Shown piece by piece: positions 39,872 to 49,423 of a stretch of DNA of 64,000 nucleotides. This stretch comes from a virus (lineage: Duplodnaviria; Heunggongvirae; Uroviricota; Caudoviricetes): IMG/VR virus record IMGVR_UViG_3300014204_000107, positions 203,468 through 267,467 of that record. One strand, written 5' to 3'. Each line of letters opens with the position of its first letter. Position 1 is the stretch's first letter. The position numbers were made by a program, and so were the translations under genes. The notes beneath the pieces are model-generated. The model worked only from the letters and a program-made list of their open reading frames with translations, made no database searches and had not been told where the DNA came from.

Positions 39872-40846
39872 ATGAAATTAAGCGAACTCAAACAGTTAAT
39901 TAGAGAATCTATCAAAGAATACCACGAAGACGCAATATCTGATAGTGAAGAATATCTATATACTGGTGCTTCACAAATAACAAATGCTGGTGATGGATTA
40001 TTTACTGCAATCGATATATACAAAGGAGAAATAATTAGTGAATTTAAAGGTGAAGTTCTTACTTATCAGCAATCATTAGAAAGAAAAAAAGAAAGTGGTG
40101 ATGATTATTTTATGGATTTGCCGAATGGCAAGGTATTAGATTGTAAAAGAACAAATGGATTTGCTAAATATGCTAATGATGCAGAAGGTTTTGGTGCAGG
40201 ACCACATAAAAATAATGCAAGAATTGAATTAGTATATGCTAAAGTTTGCTTGGTTGCTACAAAAAATATAAAAGCAAACAGTGAAATATTTGTTGGATAT
40301 GGCAAGAATTATTGGAATAATTTTAAAACAAAACATGCTATGACGGAAGAAGTAAACAATGAATTACCCAAATTAGTTTTATTAGTTGGCATCCCAGGCA
40401 GTGGTAAATCTACTTGGATTAATAGTAATAAACCAAAATGGAAAAATACAATAGTAATATCGCCAGATAATATAAGAAGAACAATGCTTGGTGATGTTAG
40501 TTCGCAGGCAGATAATAAAGCAGTTTTTGATATGGCAAAGAATAATACAATAGACGCATTAAAGAAAGGTACTAATGTAGTATTAGATGCAACGAATGTA
40601 AATACTCAATTACGAAAAAATTGGGTTAATAGTGCGCAAAGTCAAGTTAATTGCAAATTACAAGCTAAATTATTTTGGGTAGATAAAGAAAAGGCATATC
40701 AAAGAATATCTAGGGATATTGTAAATAAAGTTGATAGGGCAAACGTACCAAAAGAAAATATAGATGTAATGTATATTCAGTTTCTGCAATCTGTAAAACA
40801 TTTAAAAAGTGAAGGATATGAAATTATTAGAGATTATTTAGAATAA
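39872..40846 (+). CDS. Leader-tagged SET-domain methyltransferase fused to P-loop kinase (AAA_33/PNK-like)
   Basis: GDGLFT..DI.KGE, AKYAND, ATKNIKANSEIFVGYG (SET). LVGIPGSGKST, ISPD.IR, VVLDATN (kinase). Confidence 0.8.
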   Translation: MKLSELKQLIRESIKEYHEDAISDSEEYLYTGASQITNAGDGLFTAIDIYKGEIISEFKGEVLTYQQSLERKKESGDDYFMDLPNGKVLDCKRTNGFAKYANDAEGFGAGPHKNNARIELVYAKVCLVATKNIKANSEIFVGYGKNYWNNFKTKHAMTEEVNNELPKLVLLVGIPGSGKSTWINSNKPKWKNTIVISPDNIRRTMLGDVSSQADNKAVFDMAKNNTIDALKKGTNVVLDATNVNTQLRKNWVNSAQSQVNCKLQAKLFWVDKEKAYQRISRDIVNKVDRANVPKENIDVMYIQFLQSVKHLKSEGYEIIRDYLE

Positions 40847-40924
40847 AAATCAGCTAAAAAAAGAAGAGAAAAAATATTAACGACTATATATAAGCAGTAA
40901 CATAAAATATAAAATGGAGAAAAC

Positions 40925-41308
40925 ATGATGAAACGAAATACCAATGATACGTTTGATTATTATTTAGGAATAACTTCTGGCTCAACGTATGCACCATATA
41001 AACAATATACTTGTTTATTAGATGTGAGTTCAGTATTTACTTCATCTGCAACGGTATTAAATAATACATTAGGATCTACTGTAGCTTGGTCGTATGATGC
41101 ACCAAATGCTGCTCTTTTAGCAATTGCAGCAAATAAATTTACGGCAAATAAAACATGGATTTTAACTGGCCCGGCCGTAGCAACAGGTTCAACGGCAGCA
41201 TCATCTTCTGTTCATGTTATTGGTATTTGGGTTAACGCAAGTACTTGTAGTTTTTCAGCAAGTGCAGTACCATTTATTAAATCACCTATTGAAATAAGGG
41301 TGTACTAA
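40925..41308 (+). CDS. Hypothetical Ser/Thr/Ala-rich (probable structural) protein
   Basis: GGAG SD; composition; upstream promoter-like motif. Confidence 0.55.
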   Translation: MMKRNTNDTFDYYLGITSGSTYAPYKQYTCLLDVSSVFTSSATVLNNTLGSTVAWSYDAPNAALLAIAANKFTANKTWILTGPAVATGSTAASSSVHVIGIWVNASTCSFSASAVPFIKSPIEIRVY

Positions 41309-41392
41309 AAATAATTTAAAAAATATGTCTTTTTTTATTATGTAATATATATAATAGAAGCAAAGATAACAATAAATAAAAGGAGATGCTAA

Positions 41393-41884
41393 ATGGCACA
41401 ATTAATTTCCCCAAACGAAATTTTCTTCACTAATTTTGAACCTAAGGTTAAATTCCGTTTCATCATGTATGTAGATGGCATTCCGGCATATCTTATCAGA
41501 AAAATAGATAGACCAAAAATTGAATCCCAAGAGATTGAATTACCGCACATCAATGTACAAAGATGGGTTAAAGGTAAATCAAAATGGAGTGAAATTACAA
41601 TGGAACTCTATGACCCAATTGTACCTTCTGGCGCGCAAATTGTAATGGAATGGATACGATTAGGCCACGAATCAGTAACCGGCCGCGATGGTTATTCCGA
41701 TTTCTATAAGAAAGATGTAACTATTAATGTACTTGGCCCCGTCGGTGATAAAGTAGAAGAATGGATTTTAAAGGGAGCCTGGGCCAAAACATTTGACGGC
41801 GGTGACTTAGATTGGGCCGATGAATCTACATTTGTAGGTATCACTTGTACAATAAGATATGACTACGCACTGCTAAACTACTAG
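41393..41884 (+). CDS. Tail tube protein (gp19-like)
   Basis: FEPKVKFRF, W..IT..LYDPI, EEWILKGAW, YDYA motifs. Confidence 0.9.
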   Translation: MAQLISPNEIFFTNFEPKVKFRFIMYVDGIPAYLIRKIDRPKIESQEIELPHINVQRWVKGKSKWSEITMELYDPIVPSGAQIVMEWIRLGHESVTGRDGYSDFYKKDVTINVLGPVGDKVEEWILKGAWAKTFDGGDLDWADESTFVGITCTIRYDYALLNY

Positions 41885-41980
41885 ATTTTATGCTATAGTA
41901 GCACTATTTAGATTAATACGCAATATTAGCAATGGTTTTTAGTGAAGTAATTCATTAAGAACATTTCTATATATATTGGT

Positions 41981-42237
41981 ATGGAAAAAAGAAATTGTAA
42001 ATTTTGTAATAAAGAATTTGAAGTGATCCCATCGAACCCCAAGCAATACTGTTCAAAAGAATGTGTTAGAATGGTAAAAGATATCATCGATATTCATACA
42101 GAAAAAATGCATTGCATGATAAATTAAAAATATTTGATCCATCATTATCCGAATGGCAAAATATGCAATTAAATGGCTATGATAGAATATGGGATTGCGG
42201 CAGTATGAAATTTGAGTTGATTTTAAATAAAAGTTAG
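41981..42237 (+). pseudogene. Internally deleted Hef-like homing endonuclease remnant
   Basis: N-terminal MEKRNCKFCNKEF...YCSKEC joined out of frame to HRYSYRK...SEWQNMQLNGYDRIWDCGSMKFEL, which resembles the C-terminus of 22870..24438. Confidence 0.75.
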
Positions 42238-42317
42238 AAAAGGCAAAAGAAATTCTAAAACACCCATATATATTATGGAACAATAAACTGGTTATAATTT
42301 AATTTAAGGAGTTACAA

Positions 42318-43208
42318 ATGGCAAAAATCACTGATAATGATAATATTGGCATAACCGATGCTGATCTTAAAACAAAAGCTGCCGCAGAGTGGCAACCTCT
42401 TCCAATGAACAATCCAACAATGGCACAATCGGATGAACCTGTGAAAACAGTATATCCAACTGAAATGGTAGATTTGCCATCAAAAGGATTAATATACGGT
42501 GAAAATAGTGCATTACGAAAAGGTAGTGTAGAAATACGGTATATGACTGCTAAGGAAGAAGACATTCTTACATCACCATCACTTATTCAAAAGGGATTGG
42601 TATTTGATAGATTGCTTCAAACGCTTATAGTAGATAAAATTAATTTGGATGAAATGGTATTGGGTGATAAAAATGCTTTACTTGTTGCCATTCGTAGATT
42701 AGCTTATGGTGATGAATATGCAGTAGATATTACATGCCCTGAATGTGGTGCTAAAAATAAAGATGTAAATGTCGATTTAAGCTTGATAGAAGATAAAGCA
42801 TTTCCAGAAGATAAATATAACGGTGTTAATGAATTTGATTTCTTCCTTCCTGCGACTAAAGTTGGTATTACATTTAAATTATTAACCCACGTGGATGAGA
42901 AAAAAATTAATGATGAATTAACGTATCTTAAAAAGATTACGAAAGATTCAAAAGTAAATCCAGAATTATCAACAAGGTTAAAATATATTATCACATCAGT
43001 TAATGGTGACAAAGGCCAAAAACGCGTTCGTGAATTTGTTGATAAAGAATTATTATCAAGAGATAGCCTTGCATTAAGAAATTACATTAGGGAAATTTCA
43101 CCTGATGCGGATATGACATTTGGGTTTGCATGTACTGAATGTGACCATGTTGGCAAGTTATCTATTCCTATGGAAGTTCAGTTTTTTTGGCCTAACGCCC
43201 GAATATAA
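42318..43208 (+). CDS. Tail assembly chaperone / baseplate hub assembly protein (T4 gp26-like)
   Basis: LPSKG..Y, MTAKEEDIL, CPEC...CTEC zinc ligands; ends FFWP. Confidence 0.8.
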   Translation: MAKITDNDNIGITDADLKTKAAAEWQPLPMNNPTMAQSDEPVKTVYPTEMVDLPSKGLIYGENSALRKGSVEIRYMTAKEEDILTSPSLIQKGLVFDRLLQTLIVDKINLDEMVLGDKNALLVAIRRLAYGDEYAVDITCPECGAKNKDVNVDLSLIEDKAFPEDKYNGVNEFDFFLPATKVGITFKLLTHVDEKKINDELTYLKKITKDSKVNPELSTRLKYIITSVNGDKGQKRVREFVDKELLSRDSLALRNYIREISPDADMTFGFACTECDHVGKLSIPMEVQFFWPNARI

Positions 43209-43431
43209 ACGAATTAGGCTAGACCAATGTCTAGAATTAGGTTATTATTCAGAAGGGGCGTTTTCGTTTGAAAGTGCTTATAATTTACCAATTGCTTGGC
43301 GTATATATGCTTATAATTGGTTAGCAGATAAGAAGAAGAAAGAGCAAGAACAAATTGATAATGCTAACAAGGGCAAGAAAGGCCCTCCAAAAGTAAATAG
43401 ACCACATTTTGACCAACCATCTAGAAAATAG
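43180..43431 (+). CDS. Probable frameshift extension of the tail chaperone (gp51/gpGT-like)
   Basis: No ATG in this frame; overlaps the upstream ORF at a T7 run; AYNLPIAWR motif. Confidence 0.6.
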   Translation, partial: SFFGLTPEYKRIRLDQCLELGYYSEGAFSFESAYNLPIAWRIYAYNWLADKKKKEQEQIDNANKGKKGPPKVNRPHFDQPSRK

Positions 43432-43451
43432 ATCTAGATGGTTGTTTTTTT
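43414..43451 (+). terminator. Rho-independent terminator
   Basis: CAACCATCTAGA-loop-TCTAGATGGTTG plus T-run. Confidence 0.8.
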
Positions 43452-43492
43452 ATAGCTTCTAATATTTATTAATAGCAAAATGGAGACTGGTT

Positions 43493-43813
43493 ATGAACAA
43501 GGCTGAACTCAAGCAAATTATACAGGAAGAAATATATAATGCATTAGTTGATACATTTGAGCACAAATTATTAACTGAGGGAGTTGCTACGAGCATTGCA
43601 GACATGATATTTAAAATTATTGAAAAAAATAGAATACAGAGTCTTATGAATAGGGCGCAAAATATAGATCCTGAAATAGCTCGCCAAGTAAATAACTTTA
43701 AAATTGCATCAAAATCTCTTAAAGATTATTTAGAACAGGATTATGGTCGGGGTTCTAGCCCAAAAGATAAAGCAGAATTAATTAGCGTGTTACGAAACAT
43801 TAATAAAAAATAA
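43493..43813 (+). CDS. Leader-tagged small protein upstream of tape measure
   Basis: MNKAELKQIIQEEI...LLTE. Confidence 0.7.
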   Translation: MNKAELKQIIQEEIYNALVDTFEHKLLTEGVATSIADMIFKIIEKNRIQSLMNRAQNIDPEIARQVNNFKIASKSLKDYLEQDYGRGSSPKDKAELISVLRNINKK

Positions 43814-43826
43814 ATAGGGTTGCTAA

Positions 43827-46800
43827 ATGGCGGACGAAAGGCCTGTAATATCAAATGAGGAATTAGAAAATTTACAGCTGGCTTCCAAAGCATGGGATAG
43901 TATTGCTATGTCTTTAGGTAGTCTTGCCATGGGCAATATTGAAATTGAAAAATTAGTTAAATCTATAACAATAATAGAAGATTCAATAACCACTACAATA
44001 AATAAGGTATTAGAGCTAAAAACGCCAGATAAATTATTAAAATCAATATCGAAAATTGAAACATCTATTGCTGGTATATCAAATAACTTATTAAATTTAC
44101 AAAAACCAGTTAGCATAAAAGTTATGTTAGTTGATAACATATCATCTAATATTGGAAAAGTATTAAGTGAAATACAACAAATTCCCGATTCTAAATCTAT
44201 TAGGTTAGATATAGTAGACGATATAAGTAAAAACATACAAGGTATCAACCAACAGTTAGAGTCGATCAGAAACGATAAAATCGTTACTGTAAATCTAACT
44301 GATACAAATAATCAAATATTAGCTATTACTGATGTTATTACAAAATTACCACATTCAATTGAAATAATAGTTAATGCTATAGATAAAGTAACTCCTGTAT
44401 TACTTGATATTGAAACTGCACTTAATTTATTGCCAAATGAAAAAAACATAACTGCCAATATTAATGATAATATTACATCACAAATACCAACTATTTCAGC
44501 AGGACTTCAAGAAAATTTAAATATTGCCTCCACATTAGATGCAAGTAAATTAGATTCGAGTATCAATTTACTTATTGGAACTATTGGTAATTTACAAAAT
44601 TCAATAAACCAAATATCTGCATCAAGTAAAGATGCAGGTATTGCAGTAGATACTGAATTTAGTGGGATGTCACAGAAATTACGTTCATATTCAGATCAAC
44701 TTAAGACTGCAATAAAGAAGATTGGAACACAATCTTTAACTAATGAATTTAACGATTCCAGAAAAGCACTTGCGGATGTTGCAAAGGATTTTATGAATAT
44801 GTTTAAAAAAGGCACATCCACCATAGCAAGCACGCAATCTGTTTTTAAACGATTCAAGGAAGATTATTTAGTTGATATGATGAAAGATGTATCACAACTT
44901 GGCAATCAATTTAGCATTCTCAAAGAACAAACAGATGATATAGGTTATGATAAAGCATTTGATATACATTTGAAATCTTCATCTGATAGTATTAAAAAAT
45001 TAACGGCGGACGCAAAAGATTTTAGTATTGAAATTATGGGAGGTATCAAGAATCTTGATAGTTTAGGAAATACATTGATAAATATTGTAAAATCAAAGGA
45101 ATCATTGACAGAAGAGATTAATAAAGACAGCGAAAAATTAGTAAATTTAGCATTAAAACTAAAAGAAGCCACAGAAGTTAATGATGCCGCACGAATTAAT
45201 AGTTTGGAAAAACAAATCAATGCAACAAACCGAAATGTGCAGGCCGGAAAAGAATTAATATATGGTTTAGATATACAATATACTGCAATAAAGAAAAATC
45301 ACGATTTACAAAAATCAGGTTTGAATGAAATAATATCATTTCAACAAGAACATTCACGAGAGTTGCTTGAAAATGAAATGCAAAATCAAATGTTCCTAAA
45401 GCAACGCATCGATTTATATTCAAATATTGAAACATTATTATATAGCAATAACAATTTGTCATCTACTGAAAGGGCAGGGTTAGAGAAAAAATTGTTATTG
45501 TTAAAATCTGCAAATGTTATATCCGTGGACGATGTTAATAATATCAAAGAGCAAAATAGAGAATTAGCAATACAACTTAAGAAGAGAGAATTATTAGGAA
45601 ATATTAAAGATTATATGTACGGCGAAGAGTTTATTAATTCGTTAGAGTTAACTAAAAATAGCGCCGATGGTGCATATGCATCTTTAAAAAAATTAATGGA
45701 TGAAGTTGCAGCAGGAACGACGGATGTAAAAGTATTACAATTAGAATTTGAAAAACAGAAGAAAACTGCAAAAGATATTGCTGCTTTAACGGCCATTACT
45801 GGGGAATTTAATAAAAAATTAACAAACCAAACAACTGTAATACAGCGGCTTATTGCACTTAAAGAAAAATTAAAAACAGGCGATATTTCATTAATAGAAA
45901 AAACTGAACTTGAAAATTTAGCAAGAGCCGGAGGATATCTTAAGAATTTAGGTGACAATATTGATAAGTTGCAGTCAGAGCACGTTGTACTTGCTAATAT
46001 TGGTGGAATGTCTAAAACATTTAAAAAAACTAAAGCTGATATATTAGCTACGAGCGAAATGATTACATTAGCAACGGAAGCTATGTCAAAGCTAGGTGAA
46101 AAAGCAGATCAAACATCAGCAGATATATCTAACCAACAGCAAAAAATTATGCAATTAACAAATGAAATTGCAAATTTAAGTGGTGTTGCAAAAATTAGTA
46201 AAGAGGCTGAATTGGCCGTATTGCAAGATGAATTGTCATTAAATCAAAAACTATTAGATGAAACTAAAAAATTATATGATGAAACATCCAATAGGGCAGG
46301 CGAATCCACAGAAAAATTATTAATACTTGATAAAAAAACCGCCGATTATGAAAAAACATTATCTACATTAAGACAACAAATACAACAAACTGGCATTGAT
46401 CCATTATTTGGTAATATATTGCAAGGGTTTAAAAATTTAACGTCCCAAGTAGCAACATTTATAGATAAACCAAAGATTGCATTTACATTGCTAGGTGCAG
46501 CACTTAAGAAAAATTTCTTCAATCCTGTGTGGGATGGATTTATGAAAATCGGCGGTGGTGCGGCTGATTTATCTAAACTATTCACCACTTCAGTTGGCGC
46601 AATGATGAGTTTCGAGGCAATTGGCATGGGTGTTGGTATGAAGGACGCATCAGAAGCAGCAGCCGCATTGACACAAAGTTTAGGAACTACTGGCGATATT
46701 AACAAAGATTTAGTCCGCGAAACCGCAATATTACAGTCAAGATATGGAGTATCTGCGCAAGAAGGAGCAGCATTAGCACGTTCGTTAAAACCATTAGTAG

Positions 46801-49403
46801 GTGGTTCTAATATAGCTGCTGCAAATACTATGAAGATGGCAAGAAATATGGCTACTGCGGAGGGAGTACCCATTGGTGAAATGATGCACGATGTAGCAGC
46901 ATCAACAGAAGATTTTGCTTTATTTGGCAAGCAAGGTGGTAAAAATATATTTGAAGCATCCATATTTGCTAGGAAATTGGGTGTTACAATGAAAGAAATT
47001 GGCGCTATTGCTAGAGGATTGCTCGATGTAGAAAATTCATTGCAAGCAGAAATGGAAGCACAGGTAATGACTGGCAGAAGCATGAATTTAAATAAAGCAA
47101 GAGAATTAGCATTAAGTAATGATTTAGAAGGTGCTACAAATGAAATGTTAAAACAAGTTGGTGGTATCAATGAATTCAATAAAATGAATTATTACCAACG
47201 ACAGTCAATAGCAAAAATGGCTGGTATTGAAGCAAGTCAATTACAACAAATGCTATCACAAAGAGAAGAAGAAGCAAGAATATTGCGTGATAATGGTAAT
47301 TGGTTAGGTACGGCAATAATTAAGATGCAAATGGTAGGCAAATCTGTAATGGAGAATAAAGATTCCCTTATGATGCTTGTTATTGCTGCTGGTTCATTAG
47401 GGAATGCGTTAAAGACCGCCGGTGCATTTGCACAATTAATAGGGGGGGGATTTAAGAGTGCATTAATGTGGTCTGGAAGGTTGGTAGCAAGTATATGGCA
47501 AGCGGTTTTTGGCGAGAGAGGAATGTTAGCAGCTATTCGTGCAAGCACTGCAGCTAGAGAAGTAGGTGCTGGTGTATCAATGGCAGCAGGCAAAGTTGGT
47601 GGATTTTTAGGAAAAGCTACTGGTGTAACGAAAGTACGTAGATTAATGGCAGCAAGAAAATTGGCGTCTACTGCAGGTGGTGCTGCACCAATAACTAAAA
47701 CAACGGACGCACTCGACAAATCCCGGCGAGTCGGCTCAAAGATACCAAGTAAAGCTGGCAGTGGTGTAAGAGTCTTTTTAACAAATTTGGCTGGTGGATT
47801 AAAAGCAATGGGTAATGTGAAAGTATTATTTGGTGCACTTAATTTAATTCCAGCGTCAATAGGATTAGTAGCATTATTGCCAGCAATACCGAGTATGGCA
47901 GTAATATCAGCGTTGGGAAAATTTGTTGGTATTGGATTAAAAGGATTAGCAAATGGTTTGGGTATTAAAGGTATGGCACAACCAGGTGTTACTATGGGAG
48001 CAATAAATTTACTTGCTGCTGCCGGGGCATTATTAGTCGCAACTGCTGGAATTCCAGGTATGATAGTTATTAGTGCTTTTGGGTGGCTTACGGGGCAAGG
48101 ATTAATAGGATTAGCAGCCGGTTTAACTGCTATGGCTGGTACATTACCTGGCAGTTTAGCACTACTTGCTGCTGGTGGTGCATTATTAGTGGCTACTTTA
48201 GGAATCCCGGGTATGATTGCAATTAGTGCATTTGGATGGTTAGCCGGGCAAGGATTAATTGGGTTGTCTACTGGATTGACTGCGTTAGGTACAGCTGCTG
48301 CATCAGGAGCGCCATTGACTGGAATTGGTTTAATTGCATTATTTGGATTAGCATTAATACCATTAACATATGCACTATCAAAATTAGCACCATTAATAGA
48401 ACCAATAGGCAAAGCAATTGGAACCGTAATCGAAAGCATTGGAACTGCAATATCAACAATAGTACAAAGTATAGGTAATTTAATAACTACATTATCGGCA
48501 ATACCATTAAGTAATTTAATTGGATTATCAATTGGGTTTATGGCAATTGCTGGTTCTTTAACTGTATTAGCAGCATCGCTATCAATAAGTATTATTCCAT
48601 TAACATTGGGAAGCATTGCACTTGGCATATTTAGCGGTGCATTAGTTTTAGCAGGAATGGGATTACAAATGGTAATGCCACAATTAACTAATTTGGGCAA
48701 CTTCTTTAGTACATTTGATACTTCAAAATTAGCAGCATTTGGTGCAGGAATGTTACAAATGTCAATGTCATTATTATTGGCAGCACCTGCTATAATTGGT
48801 GCATCTTTTGCAATGTTAGCTTCAGTTATTCCATTAGCAATTGTTGGTAATAGAATGATAAAAGTAGCAGAAGCATTAGAGCGTATTGGTAAGAGTGTAA
48901 ATAATATTCAATTATTGCAACAATCATTAATATCAATAGCTGGAATATCCAGCGGCATTAAAGAGTTAGCAGCAAGTTTAAGCATGCTATCTATGGGTAT
49001 CACGGATGTTGCTAAATCAAGTTGGAAAGCAGCATTATCACCAATGATGCTTATAATGGGAACATTAAAAGCAGTATCTGGTGCAGCACCATCTACATTA
49101 ACTTCTAATGCCGTAACATCCACGCCAACAGCAACGGCGGTTACACCAACAGCCCCTGCTGCTGCTATGCCAACAACAACTGTAACTAAAGCGGCTGAAC
49201 CAATTAAACAACCAACACCACCGGTATTACCAAATACAGAAGAGCAAAAACAGCAAGTTAATATGAAAAATGTAGAAGATTTATTAGGAAAGTTAATATC
49301 TATAATGAACGGAGGATTTAAGCTTGATGTAAATTCTGGAGAATTAGCATTATTTATGCAAAAGAAAGCAGCAATAGCAAAATCCAATTCTAGCGTTCAT
49401 TAA
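43827..49403 (+). CDS. Tape measure protein
   Basis: 1858 aa, helical, Gly/Ala-rich hydrophobic repeats; follows tube and chaperone. Confidence 0.85.
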   Translation: MADERPVISNEELENLQLASKAWDSIAMSLGSLAMGNIEIEKLVKSITIIEDSITTTINKVLELKTPDKLLKSISKIETSIAGISNNLLNLQKPVSIKVMLVDNISSNIGKVLSEIQQIPDSKSIRLDIVDDISKNIQGINQQLESIRNDKIVTVNLTDTNNQILAITDVITKLPHSIEIIVNAIDKVTPVLLDIETALNLLPNEKNITANINDNITSQIPTISAGLQENLNIASTLDASKLDSSINLLIGTIGNLQNSINQISASSKDAGIAVDTEFSGMSQKLRSYSDQLKTAIKKIGTQSLTNEFNDSRKALADVAKDFMNMFKKGTSTIASTQSVFKRFKEDYLVDMMKDVSQLGNQFSILKEQTDDIGYDKAFDIHLKSSSDSIKKLTADAKDFSIEIMGGIKNLDSLGNTLINIVKSKESLTEEINKDSEKLVNLALKLKEATEVNDAARINSLEKQINATNRNVQAGKELIYGLDIQYTAIKKNHDLQKSGLNEIISFQQEHSRELLENEMQNQMFLKQRIDLYSNIETLLYSNNNLSSTERAGLEKKLLLLKSANVISVDDVNNIKEQNRELAIQLKKRELLGNIKDYMYGEEFINSLELTKNSADGAYASLKKLMDEVAAGTTDVKVLQLEFEKQKKTAKDIAALTAITGEFNKKLTNQTTVIQRLIALKEKLKTGDISLIEKTELENLARAGGYLKNLGDNIDKLQSEHVVLANIGGMSKTFKKTKADILATSEMITLATEAMSKLGEKADQTSADISNQQQKIMQLTNEIANLSGVAKISKEAELAVLQDELSLNQKLLDETKKLYDETSNRAGESTEKLLILDKKTADYEKTLSTLRQQIQQTGIDPLFGNILQGFKNLTSQVATFIDKPKIAFTLLGAALKKNFFNPVWDGFMKIGGGAADLSKLFTTSVGAMMSFEAIGMGVGMKDASEAAAALTQSLGTTGDINKDLVRETAILQSRYGVSAQEGAALARSLKPLVGGSNIAAANTMKMARNMATAEGVPIGEMMHDVAASTEDFALFGKQGGKNIFEASIFARKLGVTMKEIGAIARGLLDVENSLQAEMEAQVMTGRSMNLNKARELALSNDLEGATNEMLKQVGGINEFNKMNYYQRQSIAKMAGIEASQLQQMLSQREEEARILRDNGNWLGTAIIKMQMVGKSVMENKDSLMMLVIAAGSLGNALKTAGAFAQLIGGGFKSALMWSGRLVASIWQAVFGERGMLAAIRASTAAREVGAGVSMAAGKVGGFLGKATGVTKVRRLMAARKLASTAGGAAPITKTTDALDKSRRVGSKIPSKAGSGVRVFLTNLAGGLKAMGNVKVLFGALNLIPASIGLVALLPAIPSMAVISALGKFVGIGLKGLANGLGIKGMAQPGVTMGAINLLAAAGALLVATAGIPGMIVISAFGWLTGQGLIGLAAGLTAMAGTLPGSLALLAAGGALLVATLGIPGMIAISAFGWLAGQGLIGLSTGLTALGTAAASGAPLTGIGLIALFGLALIPLTYALSKLAPLIEPIGKAIGTVIESIGTAISTIVQSIGNLITTLSAIPLSNLIGLSIGFMAIAGSLTVLAASLSISIIPLTLGSIALGIFSGALVLAGMGLQMVMPQLTNLGNFFSTFDTSKLAAFGAGMLQMSMSLLLAAPAIIGASFAMLASVIPLAIVGNRMIKVAEALERIGKSVNNIQLLQQSLISIAGISSGIKELAASLSMLSMGITDVAKSSWKAALSPMMLIMGTLKAVSGAAPSTLTSNAVTSTPTATAVTPTAPAAAMPTTTVTKAAEPIKQPTPPVLPNTEEQKQQVNMKNVEDLLGKLISIMNGGFKLDVNSGELALFMQKKAAIAKSNSSVH

Positions 49404-49423
49404 TTAAGTTATAGGAAATTATA

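Noticed and set aside
5645-43813. Leader repeats as a CRISPR array or integron attC sites
   Set aside because: They are dispersed, protein-coding, degenerate at synonymous positions and non-palindromic; no cas or integrase gene is in the window.
47990-48300. Tandem duplication GIPGMI.ISAFGWL.GQGLIGL in tape measure
   Set aside because: Internal repeats are ordinary for tape measure proteins.
47237-48700. 487-aa minus-strand ORF and other long antisense ORFs
   Set aside because: Antisense shadows of the Gly/Ala/Leu-rich tape measure and other plus-strand genes; no motifs or RBS.
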